Source: a virus
Taxonomy: Duplodnaviria > Caudoviricetes
Virus record (IMG/VR): IMGVR_UViG_3300027740_000003
Coordinates: 64,001 to 128,000 of that record
Length of the DNA stretch: 64,000 nt
Reading direction: 5' to 3' (one strand)
This document shows positions 11,453 through 23,071 of this stretch, piece after piece (position 1 is the stretch's first letter; each line of letters begins with the position of its first letter). The position numbers were made by a program, and so were the translations under genes. Under the pieces are notes generated by a model. It was not told the DNA's origin, made no database searches, and saw only the letters and a program-made list of their open reading frames with translations.

Positions 11453-12671
11453 GTTAAAAATTTCTCAAATTAATACGTTTCTTTTGCCATTTATAACACC
11501 AACCATTTGGTTCGGTATTAGAATCCCAATTGCTACAATAAGTATAAGGCTCCCACTCTGCGATGTTGTCGCAACAACAACAAAGTTTTTTGAAAATAGG
11601 TAGTCTTTTTCCTCTTGTTAATTTAAACTTGAGCATTACTTAATTCCTTCAACATTTACCTCAGATATGCTACTGAATGTGGATTGCATCCATACAAAGG
11701 ATTTGCTCCAAAAATATTACCTCTGGGAACCTTTTTTGGTTCAGGGGCCTTCCAGCCGGCTGGCTTTAGAATGTTTCCATTGGATTTATCAATGAAACAA
11801 TATACGCAACGCTGAGAATCAACCTGAACTACCCTAATATACTTTAAACCAGGTTCAAGTTCAACCTTTGGAGGTTGAAGATTAGTATAGTGCTGCGCAA
11901 AATATGCCCTCCACATATCTTGCAAAAGATTAACCCAATTCTGTAGAGCAGTATCAAAGTCCATTATTTACATACCTCACAACATTTGTCATAAGATTCT
12001 AGACACTTTGTATTATCCATACCTTTGTCAAGGCAAGTTTCCATGTTGTTCCCACATTGGATTATGCATTCGCTTTTACAAGAGAAACAAAACATGGAAA
12101 CTACAAAAATTAGAATTAGCTTATTCATATTACTCCAGAATATATGTAATCTCTCTCTTGGTTTCTACTCTAGAAACCTTAATTGGTCCATGTTTTGTAT
12201 TACAGTCCTCAACAACACTCTCTGTAATAACAATTGCCCACTTGCCAAGCCTCATCTCAATTTTAAATTGAGCATTATCATACACTGAACACAAATCTTC
12301 AGCAAGACTAGTAATATCGTTTATGTCGAACATTGGATCTCCTCAAAAAACCTAACATCATAACCTTCCCAACTTTTGGGGATTCTATCCTCTAGATACG
12401 CCGGGCCATAAACTGAAATGTATTCCGACGAATCTCCCGGAAAAACAAATGTAATATACTTTGCCCCTTTTAACCAAGAAGATAACGACCTAATCAACTC
12501 ATCCCTGTTCTCAAGCTTCATATCTATACCTTTGCAACCTTTACGAACGTTGCCATTTCTTCAATTTTATTACACAATGCTTTTTGCGAAATGTTCTTTG
12601 GCAAATTCATTGCTAGTACAATTGCCTGTCTATTATCTTTGGTAAGCTGCTTTATGAAAGCTTTTCTTTCA

Positions 12672-13322
12672 TCAGGCAGCATTATCAAAAGATCGTGTAG
12701 CGTTTTTTGTAGCTCCATTGTAGAACCTAAAACAGTTTTCCGATTCTACCCAGTATACCAGCCCCATGGATTCCATTTTCTTCCAAACAGAAAAAGCTTC
12801 TTTTGTTATACAGGTAGAGCTCCTTAGTGCCAAACCTTTTTCTGCATAATGTTTTGCAGCTTCTTGATATAGTGCCAAAGCAATTCCTTTCCTTCTATAT
12901 TCTCGTTTTACGCTAATATAGGCAGGAAACGGATTGTCTACATGACACTTCCTAAAAGTGTCAAATTGATCTTCGTATCTATTTTTAACCAAAGCCTCTG
13001 TTTCTAGAAATAATTCATCAAAATTTTTATAAACAGGTTTAACATAATACCTATGATGGAGATTAATCAAATCATCTAATGTAAGATGAGATTTTATATC
13101 AATAGTGTCTCTTGAGCAACTAAGACAATGCCCACCAATCCTACAAATATAATCAAAAATTGATTTGTACCATTTGTTGTATTCAACAAGTGGAATGTTT
13201 TCCACTTTTAGATAGGCAGCTTCTTCACCATCAATAACAGCAGTTAGCTGATCTACAACCCATCCCCGATTCTCTGGATAAATATTCTCTTGCCAGATAA
13301 GTTCCACGACTAATTCCTCCAA
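12672..13322 (-). CDS. GNAT-family acetyltransferase
   Basis: Motif A: YISVKREYRRKGIALALY, followed by EAFSVWKKM. Confidence 0.75.
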   Translation of the reverse strand: MEELVVELIWQENIYPENRGWVVDQLTAVIDGEEAAYLKVENIPLVEYNKWYKSIFDYICRIGGHCLSCSRDTIDIKSHLTLDDLINLHHRYYVKPVYKNFDELFLETEALVKNRYEDQFDTFRKCHVDNPFPAYISVKREYRRKGIALALYQEAAKHYAEKGLALRSSTCITKEAFSVWKKMESMGLVYWVESENCFRFYNGATKNATRSFDNAA

Positions 13323-14650
13323 ACAATACTAGAAAAAATGATGGCAAAAATAATTCCAACAAATGGAGCTGCCGTAGTATAAATAGCAGCAACACAAAAT
13401 GCCACGGCTGCTAGAATAAATACAACAACAAACCGCCCGAGATAATTTAAACTAGACATAGAAAAACTCTCCATTTTTGTATTCAACAATTTCTTCATAA
13501 TCAATACCTTCTTCTTCGTCATCATCTTCTTCACACAAAAGAAAAGAAGGCATGGTCCCGTTTTCAATATCCGTTTCCCAATAATTATTCCAATGATCTG
13601 GAAAACCATTTAGTTTTTTAACATTATTTTCTATGTTTACAAATCTTTTAATAAGACCTTTGTGTTGTTGTGCCTTTTTAATACCTTTTAAATCTGACAG
13701 AACAAATTTAATGTATTTGATTATCGCCTGTGCTCTGTTTTCCACGGAATCAAAAATACAACAATCTTCTTCACTTCCTCCGACTGTTGCAATATAAATC
13801 ATTGGTGCCCCTTTGCTGAACTTGCCCAGCCCAAATCAACGTTAGATTATCGTCCCCTTATTCTACTATCCAACATGAGAATATTGGGAAAAGGGCAAAA
13901 AGTAATAATTTTGTTGCTCCCACTATTGTTGGAATTAAATGGGCAAAACTATTCCCGGCAATCATTCGATCAAAAACAATTACGGATTTGAAGAAACAAT
14001 TACCAACTATTTTTAAATTGGTTTATGAATCGTAAGAACAATAGGCACACCACCCTTAATGAAGGCATAGCTCTTAGCAATAAATCCTTCATATCGCCAT
14101 CGCCTAATAATCATTCTTGGAACTCTTTGTTTTGTCATAACAACTCCACATCAACTATACAGCACTACAGTATTTATAATACTCCCAAGTTAAACATACA
14201 ACTTTTTCATCAGAACCATTAATAATGGTATCAGTACCAATAAATCCACATTCAATTCCATCTCGTCCGTCTGTATATTTGAATTCTTCTCTATATGGTG
14301 AAAGCTCAATAGCAATAATTGGCTTCAAAAGCCCATCTAAAATATCACCTGCTATGAAGCCGGAAAGTTCTGTGTCCCTATTGTTCAAATTGGGTTCGAA
14401 AATAATCTTCATATCTTTTGGAAACTGTTGCAAAACATTTATTAATTCTTGAACGGTATGGGCAGTTCTATAAGACATGTGTTTCTCCTATTATTATTTT
14501 ATGGTTGTTCCAAATGCTACAAATAAAAAGCCGGGAAACCTTCCGAAAACAAAAACTGGATCGGTTTTTTGTTTACACTAGCGAGATGCCGTTGTAGGTG
14601 GATGGTCTACAACCATATTTGCTACCACAAATTAGGAAAGAATTTCCCCG

Positions 14651-14724
14651 AACAACACCTAGGATTTGAACCTTAGACCTTCTGGATCCGTTCCAGACGC
14701 TCTGCCTGGTTGAGCTAGTGTTGT
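14651..14724 (-). tRNA. tRNA-Pro(CGG)-like gene, non-canonical
   Basis: Acceptor ACAACAC/GTGTTGT, D stem GCTC/GAGC, arm TCTGG-AACGGAT-CCAGA (no U33), bulged T stem with TTCAAAT loop. Confidence 0.55.
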
Positions 14725-15260
14725 CATCCCATTGATCTTTTTCAGCCGGCAAGATCTATAGCCTATGGGAAAGACTAAGCTTCCAACTATTCAGTTGAAC
14801 TATATTGGTCATTGAATTCCTGAATAAATTCTTCTCTCTCTTCTCCTTCTAACCCCTCACATTCTTCTTCAAGAATCTTTTCATACAAAGGATGGGCTAA
14901 AGAAGAAATTTTCTCTTTAATCTCTTGCAAAGAATCTCCAACCCAAACAAAAGCCTGATCGTTCCCACCATGGGGCCAATCATCATCTCTTACATAAGCA
15001 TAAATTGCTTTATGTCCTTCTTCAAGAAGAGTTTTCAAATTGTCAAAACCACAAAGCCAAGATCCACATTGTATTGAGTAATATGGCTCTAGTGTTTTTT
15101 CAATCTTATTGAACGTACTACACTCGGCATCTTCATCATAATATGAGAAATCTTGTGAATCAATAATATAAGGAAGTTCCCTACATAGGCTTTTGCCGTC
15201 CTTAAACCAAGTGTCAATTCTAATTTCCATATTTCTTTCTTTTGACATTCACGGGTTTAG

Positions 15261-15333
15261 TAGCAGTGCTTGGCCTTGCACCAAGATCTCCTGGCCTTAA
15301 GACCAGTCGCTTTAACAAATAAGCTACACTGCT
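15261..15333 (-). tRNA. Degenerate tRNA-like gene, anticodon ambiguous (TAA or TTA)
   Basis: Acceptor AGCAGTG/CACTGCT, D stem GCTT/AAGC, arm CTGGT-CTTAAG-GCCAG (6-nt loop), T arm CTTGG-TGCAAGG-CCAAG. Confidence 0.5.
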
Positions 15334-15388
15334 ATAGTTTCGGCATTGAGGGCTAGTCTCCTAGCCCCCAATCCCATTGTGTTGTGAA

Positions 15389-15715
15389 TTACGCAGCCTT
15401 GAGCTTGGCAAGCTCTGCCTCCAACTTGGCAGCCTTCTCGGCAGCCTTGGCAGCCTTCTTCTCAGCAGCCTCAGCCTTCTTGGCAACCGACGCCGGAACG
15501 AAACTGGTAGGGACAATGCCCAGCTTTTGCTGGGTTTGGTAGCCCTCAATCAGCCCGTTGGCAAGCAGATAACTGACCACCTTGGCCCCGCCATCCTCCG
15601 CATCCGGAAGACCAAGAGCCGCTGCAACCGACTTACAGGTAGTCTTACCAACCTCACCACTAACAACCTCAGCCTTAACCGCCTCAACCAACACGTTCAG
15701 ATTAACATTTGTCAT
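15389..15715 (-). CDS. Small protein with Lys/Ala-rich C-terminal tail (paralog family, copy 1)
   Basis: ORF track gives 15389-15781, but a promoter -10 overlaps 15781, so the MTNVN start at 15715 is preferred. Tail KKAEAAEKKAAKAAEKAAK. Confidence 0.7.
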   Translation of the reverse strand: MTNVNLNVLVEAVKAEVVSGEVGKTTCKSVAAALGLPDAEDGGAKVVSYLLANGLIEGYQTQQKLGIVPTSFVPASVAKKAEAAEKKAAKAAEKAAKLEAELAKLKAA

Positions 15716-15780
15716 ATTGTACCTTCTCTTTCTTTTTTTTGTTGTTGTGTCGGCCTTAGTCAATCCGTCCGACACCATCA

Positions 15781-15809
15781 ATCATAAGGCTCGATAACTA
15801 CTTCGTCAA
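15781..15809 (-). promoter_or_regulatory. sigma70-like promoter TTGACG-N17-TATGAT
   Basis: Read directly. Confidence 0.6.
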
Positions 15810-16434
15810 CCCCCGGCCTCACTTTTCTTTTTCGGACCGCGGGCCGGCCAAACTACCATTGGCCACCTCTGAAAATGCCTCGGCCAATGCACAACATGCT
15901 GAATTAGAAATTTTTTCTGCAACTATACTCTCAGATCCAAACCAAAGATAATAATTATAATTATCATTGCCAACTTGGAAAACAAATACTTCCCTTTCCA
16001 TTGAATGCTTTATAAAAGGATCGGAAAACATAAAAAGATTATCTTCAAAAGAAGCTGATTTATCATTGATAATCCAGCTGTCAGCAAAATCGCCCAACGG
16101 CTCATCAGAATGTGTCATTTTTTGACAAAGCTTTTCAACTTCCAAAAAATAATCAAAAACAACCTTCAGTGCACTATCCGAATTTTTATTGATTAAATTA
16201 ATTTTCATTTTGTCCATTCCTCTTCTGGAGGCTGCTGATATCCCCAGCATCCTTCTGGCCTTGTATCATACATATCAGCAACGGTATGTAGCTCATATGA
16301 TAAACTATTGTTTTTGTATGGATTTATAATTTTAATCATGCCAATTAACATGATAGTAATCCTATCAGTAATAGCAAATCTAATATCTCTAAACTTCATC
16401 ATGACTGATCTGTATATGCACCAAATTTCAAAAA

Positions 16435-17193
16435 TCATTTAAATTCCTCCGGGCATGGAGCATAATGCTCTGTCAACCAAGCACACTTAATCCCTGTAGC
16501 AGCCTGAAACTGTCCTTCACAAGCCAACCTATGAGCTTGTTTCCTAAAACTTTCCTTCTCAGGAACTTTCCCAGCCAACTTGCAATTCTTCAAACCAACC
16601 TGAATATGATTTCCGTCCTTATCAACGCCATACACAGTAGTGTTGCTTCTATCAGGCCGATTATATCCTTTGGCATAAAACTTGCCAAAACTTTTCCAGT
16701 TTTTCACAATAATCTGGGTTCCAACTGGAATATGAACCCATTCAATCTTATCCCTCTTCTTTTCGAGATATCCTTTGCCACTGCAAGTAAAACACTCTCG
16801 AATGTCCATATGGTTTTTCGGGTTAATCCACTTGCCAGAACCATCGCATTTCTTGCAAGGCTCTCGGTCCTTGAGCTGAAATTTACAAGCGATATTAACC
16901 TCAAGAACCAAACCCTCAAAAAGATGATCTGGTTCCGGACTCTCGTGGTTATGTTTGTTAAGATTATAAATAGAATTAATAATGAATTCTTCAAGAGCTT
17001 TGTAGGCCTGAAGAATACCAGGATGGCCGGCAGCAACCTTCTCCCCTGCCTTTTGGAAGCCTCCGGCATGGCGGGTTGACCTGACTAGTGGGGCTGAGAA
17101 AAAACCCGTCTCCGTGTCAAATACGGCCGTATGCCAATCCGAATCAGAATAACCATTAATTTCCCAATGACACAACTCAATAAGCATAATCAA
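16435..17193 (-). CDS. Hypothetical protein with DnaJ-type CxxCxGxG zinc finger
   Basis: CKKCDGSG and CFTCSGKG motifs. Confidence 0.6.
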   Translation of the reverse strand: MIMLIELCHWEINGYSDSDWHTAVFDTETGFFSAPLVRSTRHAGGFQKAGEKVAAGHPGILQAYKALEEFIINSIYNLNKHNHESPEPDHLFEGLVLEVNIACKFQLKDREPCKKCDGSGKWINPKNHMDIRECFTCSGKGYLEKKRDKIEWVHIPVGTQIIVKNWKSFGKFYAKGYNRPDRSNTTVYGVDKDGNHIQVGLKNCKLAGKVPEKESFRKQAHRLACEGQFQAATGIKCAWLTEHYAPCPEEFK

Positions 17194-17210
17194 CTCCTCG
17201 ACTCAGGACC

Positions 17211-17238
17211 AACTTAACCACGCCTAGCGAGGCGTCAA
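17211..17238 (-). promoter_or_regulatory. sigma70-like promoter TTGACG-N16-TAAGTT
   Basis: Read directly; the region contains the inverted repeat ACGCCT/AGGCGT. The downstream gene has a GAGGAG SD. Confidence 0.6.
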
Positions 17239-18140
17239 GGCTTCCATCTAAAGTATTTGATACTCATCTAGATCAATTTTGATCTTCAGATCGTCTGGGA
17301 TTTCCTTTTCCGAAAAAACAGTGATAGGAATAATTTTGCAAAATTTGCCATAAACAATTTTATAAATTACTATATTGTCTAAATTAATTAGATTATCTTC
17401 ATTGAGAAGATTATATTGTTTTATATATTTAATAGAATCTTCTTTTGCTCCTTCCGGAGAATCTCCAAGTCCCCAGCAAACATCTTCAACAATACCTACA
17501 TAATCATTAATATCGTCATCGTTTATATCATCACCAGCAACTAAACATTGAACTTCGTATAAAGAAATTTCATTCATTTTATCTTCCTATCGTTCAACAA
17601 AACCCGAAGCATTACATCATAGAATTTACAATCTAAATCAAATTCTTTATCTGTTAAAAATCCTTCTGGATTATAATTGTATAATACACACGGCAAATCC
17701 CGACCTAATTCATCTTTTGGATAAGCTTCCAGGTCATAATTAAAGTTGCAGGAACAAGGGCTTCTTGGCACACAATCATCACAATAACCTTTGAACGTTC
17801 TGTAAAGAATATCACAAGGCATATAAATCCAAACAGCCAACTTGTCGCATTTACATTTAATCATTTGGTGTTTTCTTTACTATACACGCCTAATATTTCT
17901 CAATTTTTCGTAAACAAGATTGCTGATCTCATTAAGTTTCTTTTCATAGGGTGCCTTAGCTTCTTCTAGCTTTGCTCTAAGAACCTCATATTCTAAATAT
18001 AGCTCTTCTGGAATTTCATGTCCTCTAGGATCCAACTGGACAGACACTGGTTTATTATAGTCATTATAATAAAAAGAAATTGATACGTTTTTCATTTTTG
18101 AATTCCTTAGCAATCAAAACACAACTCGTCCCCAGATCTA

Positions 18141-18364
18141 GGGATAAAAATAGCAGAAGGCCATTAGCCAGCTTCAACTAGGTTTCCCTATCCACCGACA
18201 CAGGCTTTATAACAATTCAATTCTAAAACAAGCATCATAGAGTTTCCTCTCAACTTATTTCCATGAACTGTTAATCGACACTTCCATACCGAGGCTTGTC
18301 GCCAAACTGTTTTTGCTGAAACCACTCAGCTTCACTTCGTAGGTTTTTCAGCTCCTACTATCCC
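18141..18364 (-). ncRNA. Candidate structured ncRNA (~224 nt) downstream of the tRNA-Leu pair
   Basis: No ORF. Ends pair (GGGATAG/TTATCCC); internal hairpins GTAGG/CCTAC, GCTGAG/TTCAGC, AGAG-GAAA-CTCT, TAGG-GAAA-CCTA. Confidence 0.4.
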
Positions 18365-18378
18365 TTGGTTAAAAAGGA

Positions 18379-18466
18379 TGGGTCCCACATATAGGACTTG
18401 AACCTATACCTAGATTACTAGAAAGGCTTCTAAAGCCTTCGCGCCTGCCATTACGCCAATGTGGGA
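18379..18466 (-). tRNA. tRNA-Leu(TAG), CCA encoded
   Basis: Acceptor TCCCACA/TGTGGGA, arm AAGGC-TTTAGAA-GCCTT, long variable arm, T loop TTCAAGT, 3' CCA. Confidence 0.9.
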
Positions 18467-18481
18467 TTATATTCTTGCTAG

Positions 18482-18566
18482 TAGCTCCTTCCCGACTTGA
18501 ACGGGAAATACCTTCCGGTAAATAGGGCTTGAACCTATCGCGTTTGCCAAATTTCGCCAAGGAGCC
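18482..18566 (-). tRNA. tRNA-Leu(CAA)
   Basis: Acceptor GGCTCCT/AGGAGCT, arm ATAGG-TTCAAGC-CCTAT, long variable arm, T arm TCCCG-TTCAAGT-CGGGA. Confidence 0.9.
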
Positions 18567-18571
18567 AAACT

Positions 18572-18964
18572 TCATTTATTCATCTCTGTCCACTCTATAT
18601 ACGATTTCTTTACCTCCTCATCTTTGCATTCTAATTCTTTTTTAACTACTAGAAGTTGGTCAGCATAATCTGTCAGGCCTTCCACGGTAGTGCCAATCAC
18701 AGTATAATGCTCACCAGAGCTTCTGTCAACTAGAAAAACATGCCCGTCTAAAATATTAGCATAGTAGTTTTTAAAAGAATCTTTCGAAAAAGGATCAGAA
18801 GAAAAAACGCACATCCTCTCATTCTTAGTAAACCGTGGTATCTCCACGATCATCCAATGGTAATCGGAATATATTTTAATAGTTGCACCAATCTCTCCAA
18901 GAACATCACAAATTGCTTTTTGTGCCGAAAAATATTGGTCAATATTGTTGTCAAAATCAGTCAT
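18572..18964 (-). CDS. Hypothetical protein, tandem paralog A
   Basis: Starts MTDFDNNIDQYFSA, ends ECKDEEVKKSYIEW; same ends as 18974-19393. Confidence 0.75.
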   Translation of the reverse strand: MTDFDNNIDQYFSAQKAICDVLGEIGATIKIYSDYHWMIVEIPRFTKNERMCVFSSDPFSKDSFKNYYANILDGHVFLVDRSSGEHYTVIGTTVEGLTDYADQLLVVKKELECKDEEVKKSYIEWTEMNK

Positions 18965-18973
18965 GGCTTTTTC

Positions 18974-19393
18974 CTAAAGTTCAGAATTCATCATAGGAAA
19001 CTGGAGTCTTTCCATGAAACGTTCATTTCGCTCATCTTCACATTTTTCTCTCCACTCTATATATGACTTCTTTACTTCCTCATCTTTACATTCATGATCT
19101 TTTCTAAAAATCAAATGCTGTTGCTCATAACTTTCTGCACTAGAATCATAAAAAATATATACATTAACATAAATATCACTACTGTTGCTGTCAACACTTA
19201 ACACAACATAATCTAAATCAAATGGACCAGAAAATTCCACGGCTGGCGTATCAAAAAAGATACAAATATTATCATTAGAAGTCGTTCTTGGCGAATTTAT
19301 AATCATCCAATATTTGTTTCTATAATCTTTTGGATTGCCAATTTCTTTTTCAGCTGCAAAATATTGTTCAACGTTTTTGTCAAAATCAGTCAT
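18974..19393 (-). CDS. Hypothetical protein, tandem paralog B
   Basis: Starts MTDFDKNVEQYFAA, contains ECKDEEVKKSYIEW. Confidence 0.75.
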   Translation of the reverse strand: MTDFDKNVEQYFAAEKEIGNPKDYRNKYWMIINSPRTTSNDNICIFFDTPAVEFSGPFDLDYVVLSVDSNSSDIYVNVYIFYDSSAESYEQQHLIFRKDHECKDEEVKKSYIEWREKCEDERNERFMERLQFPMMNSEL

Positions 19394-19403
19394 GGTTTTT
19401 CTC

Positions 19404-20270
19404 CTACAGAATTATAGATCCTTCAGCGTCCCAGCGATGTCGAATTCTTCCATCAGGAAAATAAATCAAATTCCTCATCTGATCATTACTAGTAGGTTTA
19501 GGATCTAAACAATTATTTATACATACATTCTGCCCAAAAACATCATACACCCTGGCTCCGTGCGCTAGCTCCAACACAACCATACCATGGAACTCTAACC
19601 ACTTGTGAATCTCACGCAAGGCCCCACGTGATAATGTGTGCTCTTCAACCCACTTCGAAACATTAGCATTGCTTGAATTGTCTGGCTTCGATACCGGCAA
19701 TAATGTAAGCTGCTCAACATGGTTCTGTTTTGCAAAATCAATCATGCATTTGATCTGCTCCGGAGTATCAGTAAAGTCTTTGCAAAGAATACAGATAAGC
19801 CTTACACCAAAACCAATTCCGTGCAGTTTCTTAATGGTCGGAATAAGATCTGGATATTTTTTACCTCCAGTATAAATTTTACTATTGATATCTGGGGAAA
19901 TGCTAGCGATACTAATCGCTATAGTAGATAGCCCTTTGGCGTACCAGTCAACCAAAATATCATTACTAATTTTTCCTCTAGCAATGCTCAAACCATTAGT
20001 CTGAAGTTCAACAATAGGAACAGGGTATTCGTTTAGAACATCTAGGTATTTAGAAATCAGTTCTGGCCAAAGAGTAGGCTCTCCTTTACCAGTAAGCATT
20101 GCTGTGGTTGCCCCCGCTTGAACAGCTAGTTTACAAGCAATATCAAAGTTCCTCCAATTGGGTTCAATTGGCTTTACTTCTGCTTCTCCAGTCATTCTAG
20201 AGACACAAAACGGACACCTGGCATCACAAGCACCACTTCCCGTCACTATACTAAATGTTTGAATTTGCAT
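19404..20270 (-). CDS. Radical SAM enzyme
   Basis: CDARCPFC motif, TGKGEP, QTNG. Confidence 0.88.
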   Translation of the reverse strand: MQIQTFSIVTGSGACDARCPFCVSRMTGEAEVKPIEPNWRNFDIACKLAVQAGATTAMLTGKGEPTLWPELISKYLDVLNEYPVPIVELQTNGLSIARGKISNDILVDWYAKGLSTIAISIASISPDINSKIYTGGKKYPDLIPTIKKLHGIGFGVRLICILCKDFTDTPEQIKCMIDFAKQNHVEQLTLLPVSKPDNSSNANVSKWVEEHTLSRGALREIHKWLEFHGMVVLELAHGARVYDVFGQNVCINNCLDPKPTSNDQMRNLIYFPDGRIRHRWDAEGSIIL

Positions 20271-22026
20271 AACTAAACTCCCCTTAGGTCTACAACCACA
20301 TCATCTTGTTCAAGAAAATCCCTGTCCTCGTCAGAAAGAGCCATACGATTTTTAGATTCTAGTTGACTGGTAGCAATTTGAACAAATAGATTCCCTGAAC
20401 ATAGATTACCGTGTTGATAAGATCTTTTGAAAAGATCGTGTCTAACCTTTATAGGCAAATTAAAATTATTTTTTGCATCAACAACTTTGATTTCTCGATA
20501 TTTAATCATACATCACATCCCGTATCGTCAGCAATTGACGATCCTTCTGCATAATCGTCTTCATTAAGAGCCTCTGCATCGCTGATATAAGGAACGTCAG
20601 GGAAGTATACAATCGTTCCCCGGCCTAATGAATCTGTTTTGGCCCCCTTCAAAAGCTGACCAATATCATATACTTCAGAATCTGACTCTCCAGAGGCATC
20701 TATTGCCGTAAAAATAGTCTCAACTACCAAAGTTGCTACAATATTTCCCACATTATCGTCTATACAAACCCCTAGACATTCCTTTCCATACATCCCCCTG
20801 CCAGAATAACTCCTTGTTCCGTATCCAGCTTCTTCAATAGCTTCTTGCAGATTCATAACTTATTTTCCTTCATTGCTTCTTTTGTGGTATCCCAAATTCG
20901 TTCCACTGTTGTTTGTAATCTGTTGGCTTTTTCAACAGTTCCTTTAAAAGGACAATTGCCAGCACCATATAAAGCCCCCTCAATAACTTTTTTAAAATCC
21001 ATTATGTGTTTTCTTTTCGAAGCCTATATGCTATTAACACATGATGTAAGTTTCAAAAAACAATTGGTGATCAATTCCAAGTTCATCTGCTAACTTATCA
21101 GAGTTGGAACAGACGGCATTAATCCTTGCTTGGAAAACTTCCCGTCTTGTCTTCATCTGTTCTTCATATTGTTTACTCACAGCATCCCAAAACATATAAT
21201 CACTACCAACACCATCTACTTCAGTAAATTCATCCCCATCTTCCCAATATAGTTTAACTCCTTTATCAAAGGTCAGAACAATATCGATCTCTTCTCCCAA
21301 AATAAGTTTTCGGTATTCTTCTTTTAGAACGGAAATTCTATCAATAATATCTTTTGAAAAATTCTCTGTATTCATGATTTAATCTTCTCTCGAAATTAGT
21401 ACAAGAATATATGTTATTATATCAAGCTCCACCCAAACAATAGCGAACGTACAAACCAAATCCCACAATGTGTAGGTCATGTTTAATCAACTTTCTTAGT
21501 TAGCCCTGTAATTATTTTATTATCAATCTCTAAAATATATATTATGAATATATTCGAAGTGATCTTTTATTGCCCCCAACGAATTTCGGAGACTTTCATG
21601 TTTTTTATTGTTAAGTGTCTCTCCCATATTAACAACACGAATTTCCTTTCCCAAAAACTCTCATCAAGAGAATTTAAAAAAATCTTTTAAATATTGAACT
21701 GTCATTATTTGTTCCTTAATTTTTCATTAATCTTTTCAGCTGCGTCAAAAGCTTCATCTGCAAATTCTTCTGCCAGTTCTTCAACAAAAGGAAAGAACAT
21801 AGTTCTGTCATCATCGTTGCCTTCAAAGGTATTTTGAAATACTACGCCTAGTTCTTTTGAAACCGCATCGCAGATCTTTTTAATTTTAACCAATGGTGGT
21901 TTAAACGCATTGACTTCATTTATTGTCAAGCCGGCAGAATCAATACTTATATCCATATGAACTCCTGCTTATTTCTCTTTTCTTAATTTGAAAAACTTAT
22001 CATATATTAATGCTTTTCCGGTTTAG

Positions 22027-22102
22027 CATCCCAGGTAGGATTCGAACCTACATTATAGCCAAATTAGAAATTTGGTGCCATATCCAGTTAGGCGACTGGG
22101 AC
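22027..22102 (-). tRNA. tRNA-Arg(TCT)
   Basis: Acceptor GTCCCAG/CTGGGAT, arm CCAAA-TTTCTAA-TTTGG, T arm GTAGG-TTCGAAT-CCTAC. Confidence 0.9.
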
Positions 22103-23071
22103 ATATTATTAACATTATACCTGTTTATCCTTTAGTATAAATCCTCTTTTTTACACGCCGTTAGCAAGTAGCCAATTTGCCCACAATTCTGCAACCAAAC
22201 ACAGGGCTTCATTTTCAGAAGAACACTCCCACTCCTTGTAGGCCACATCCACACTTAAAACCAAAGGACATTCGCCGATGATCTTGTCATTCATCCATCG
22301 GGCATCATCCGGCGTGTAGTCAAAGTCTGCCAATGCGACGATCCATTTGTTTCCGCCGACCAAGAAAAGAAATGGAATTGCTTGGTCAGGTATAACACCT
22401 TCTCTCTCATAGACGATTTTCATGAACGTTATCCTTGCAATACATCGTCATCCAAGCTGTTCCAGAAGCTCAACCGAATGTTGTGCTCAGGCCTGCCTGT
22501 ATTCAAATTGCTTTCATTATTTGGTTTGACCCAACTGCCATACCTGGCTAGCAACGAAATCACATTGTTTTTCTGATTATACCCAATCTTGTTAGAGAAT
22601 TGTAGCCTAACCAATGCTTGGCTTCCCTCGTGCTTGTCCACAGACAAAACTTTGCCAACCATTCCTTTCTTAATGTGCAATGGCTGACATCCTTTTTTAA
22701 CTGTAAAATGCATTGTTCCCTCACACAAATAGAACGTACATTCCAATAGCCGCGGCAGCAACTCCTAACATAAGGATAATCCCACCAACAGCTACTGTAA
22801 TCATTAGTTCAAGCAACGTAAATCCGCGGCTATTATTCTTTGACATATTTTTACCTGTGTTCAATTGTCCAACTTCGCAATGCACAATAAGCAGGCTCTT
22901 TCTTGCCTCCCTTTGTACACTTCTTCATCATGTCAATGTACGCTTCTGCATCCTTCTTATCATCGTATCCAATGAAAGGATTTCCATCACACTTGACTAG
23001 ATATGTTTTACTTGCACCAATTGGCGTATCCAAAATTCCCATTGTTTTTCTCCTTGTTTAATAGACCTAAC

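Noticed and set aside
18141-18364. RNase P RNA, because GAGGAAACTC resembles CR-I
   Set aside because: No CR-V (ACAnAAnnnnGCUUA) partner downstream, and the motif is explained by a GAAA-capped hairpin.
18369-18575. 68-aa ORF
   Set aside because: Lies entirely over two tRNA-Leu genes. The same applies to 28810-29106 (tRNA-Tyr), 33818-34024 (tmRNA) and 39750-39941 (tRNA-Lys).
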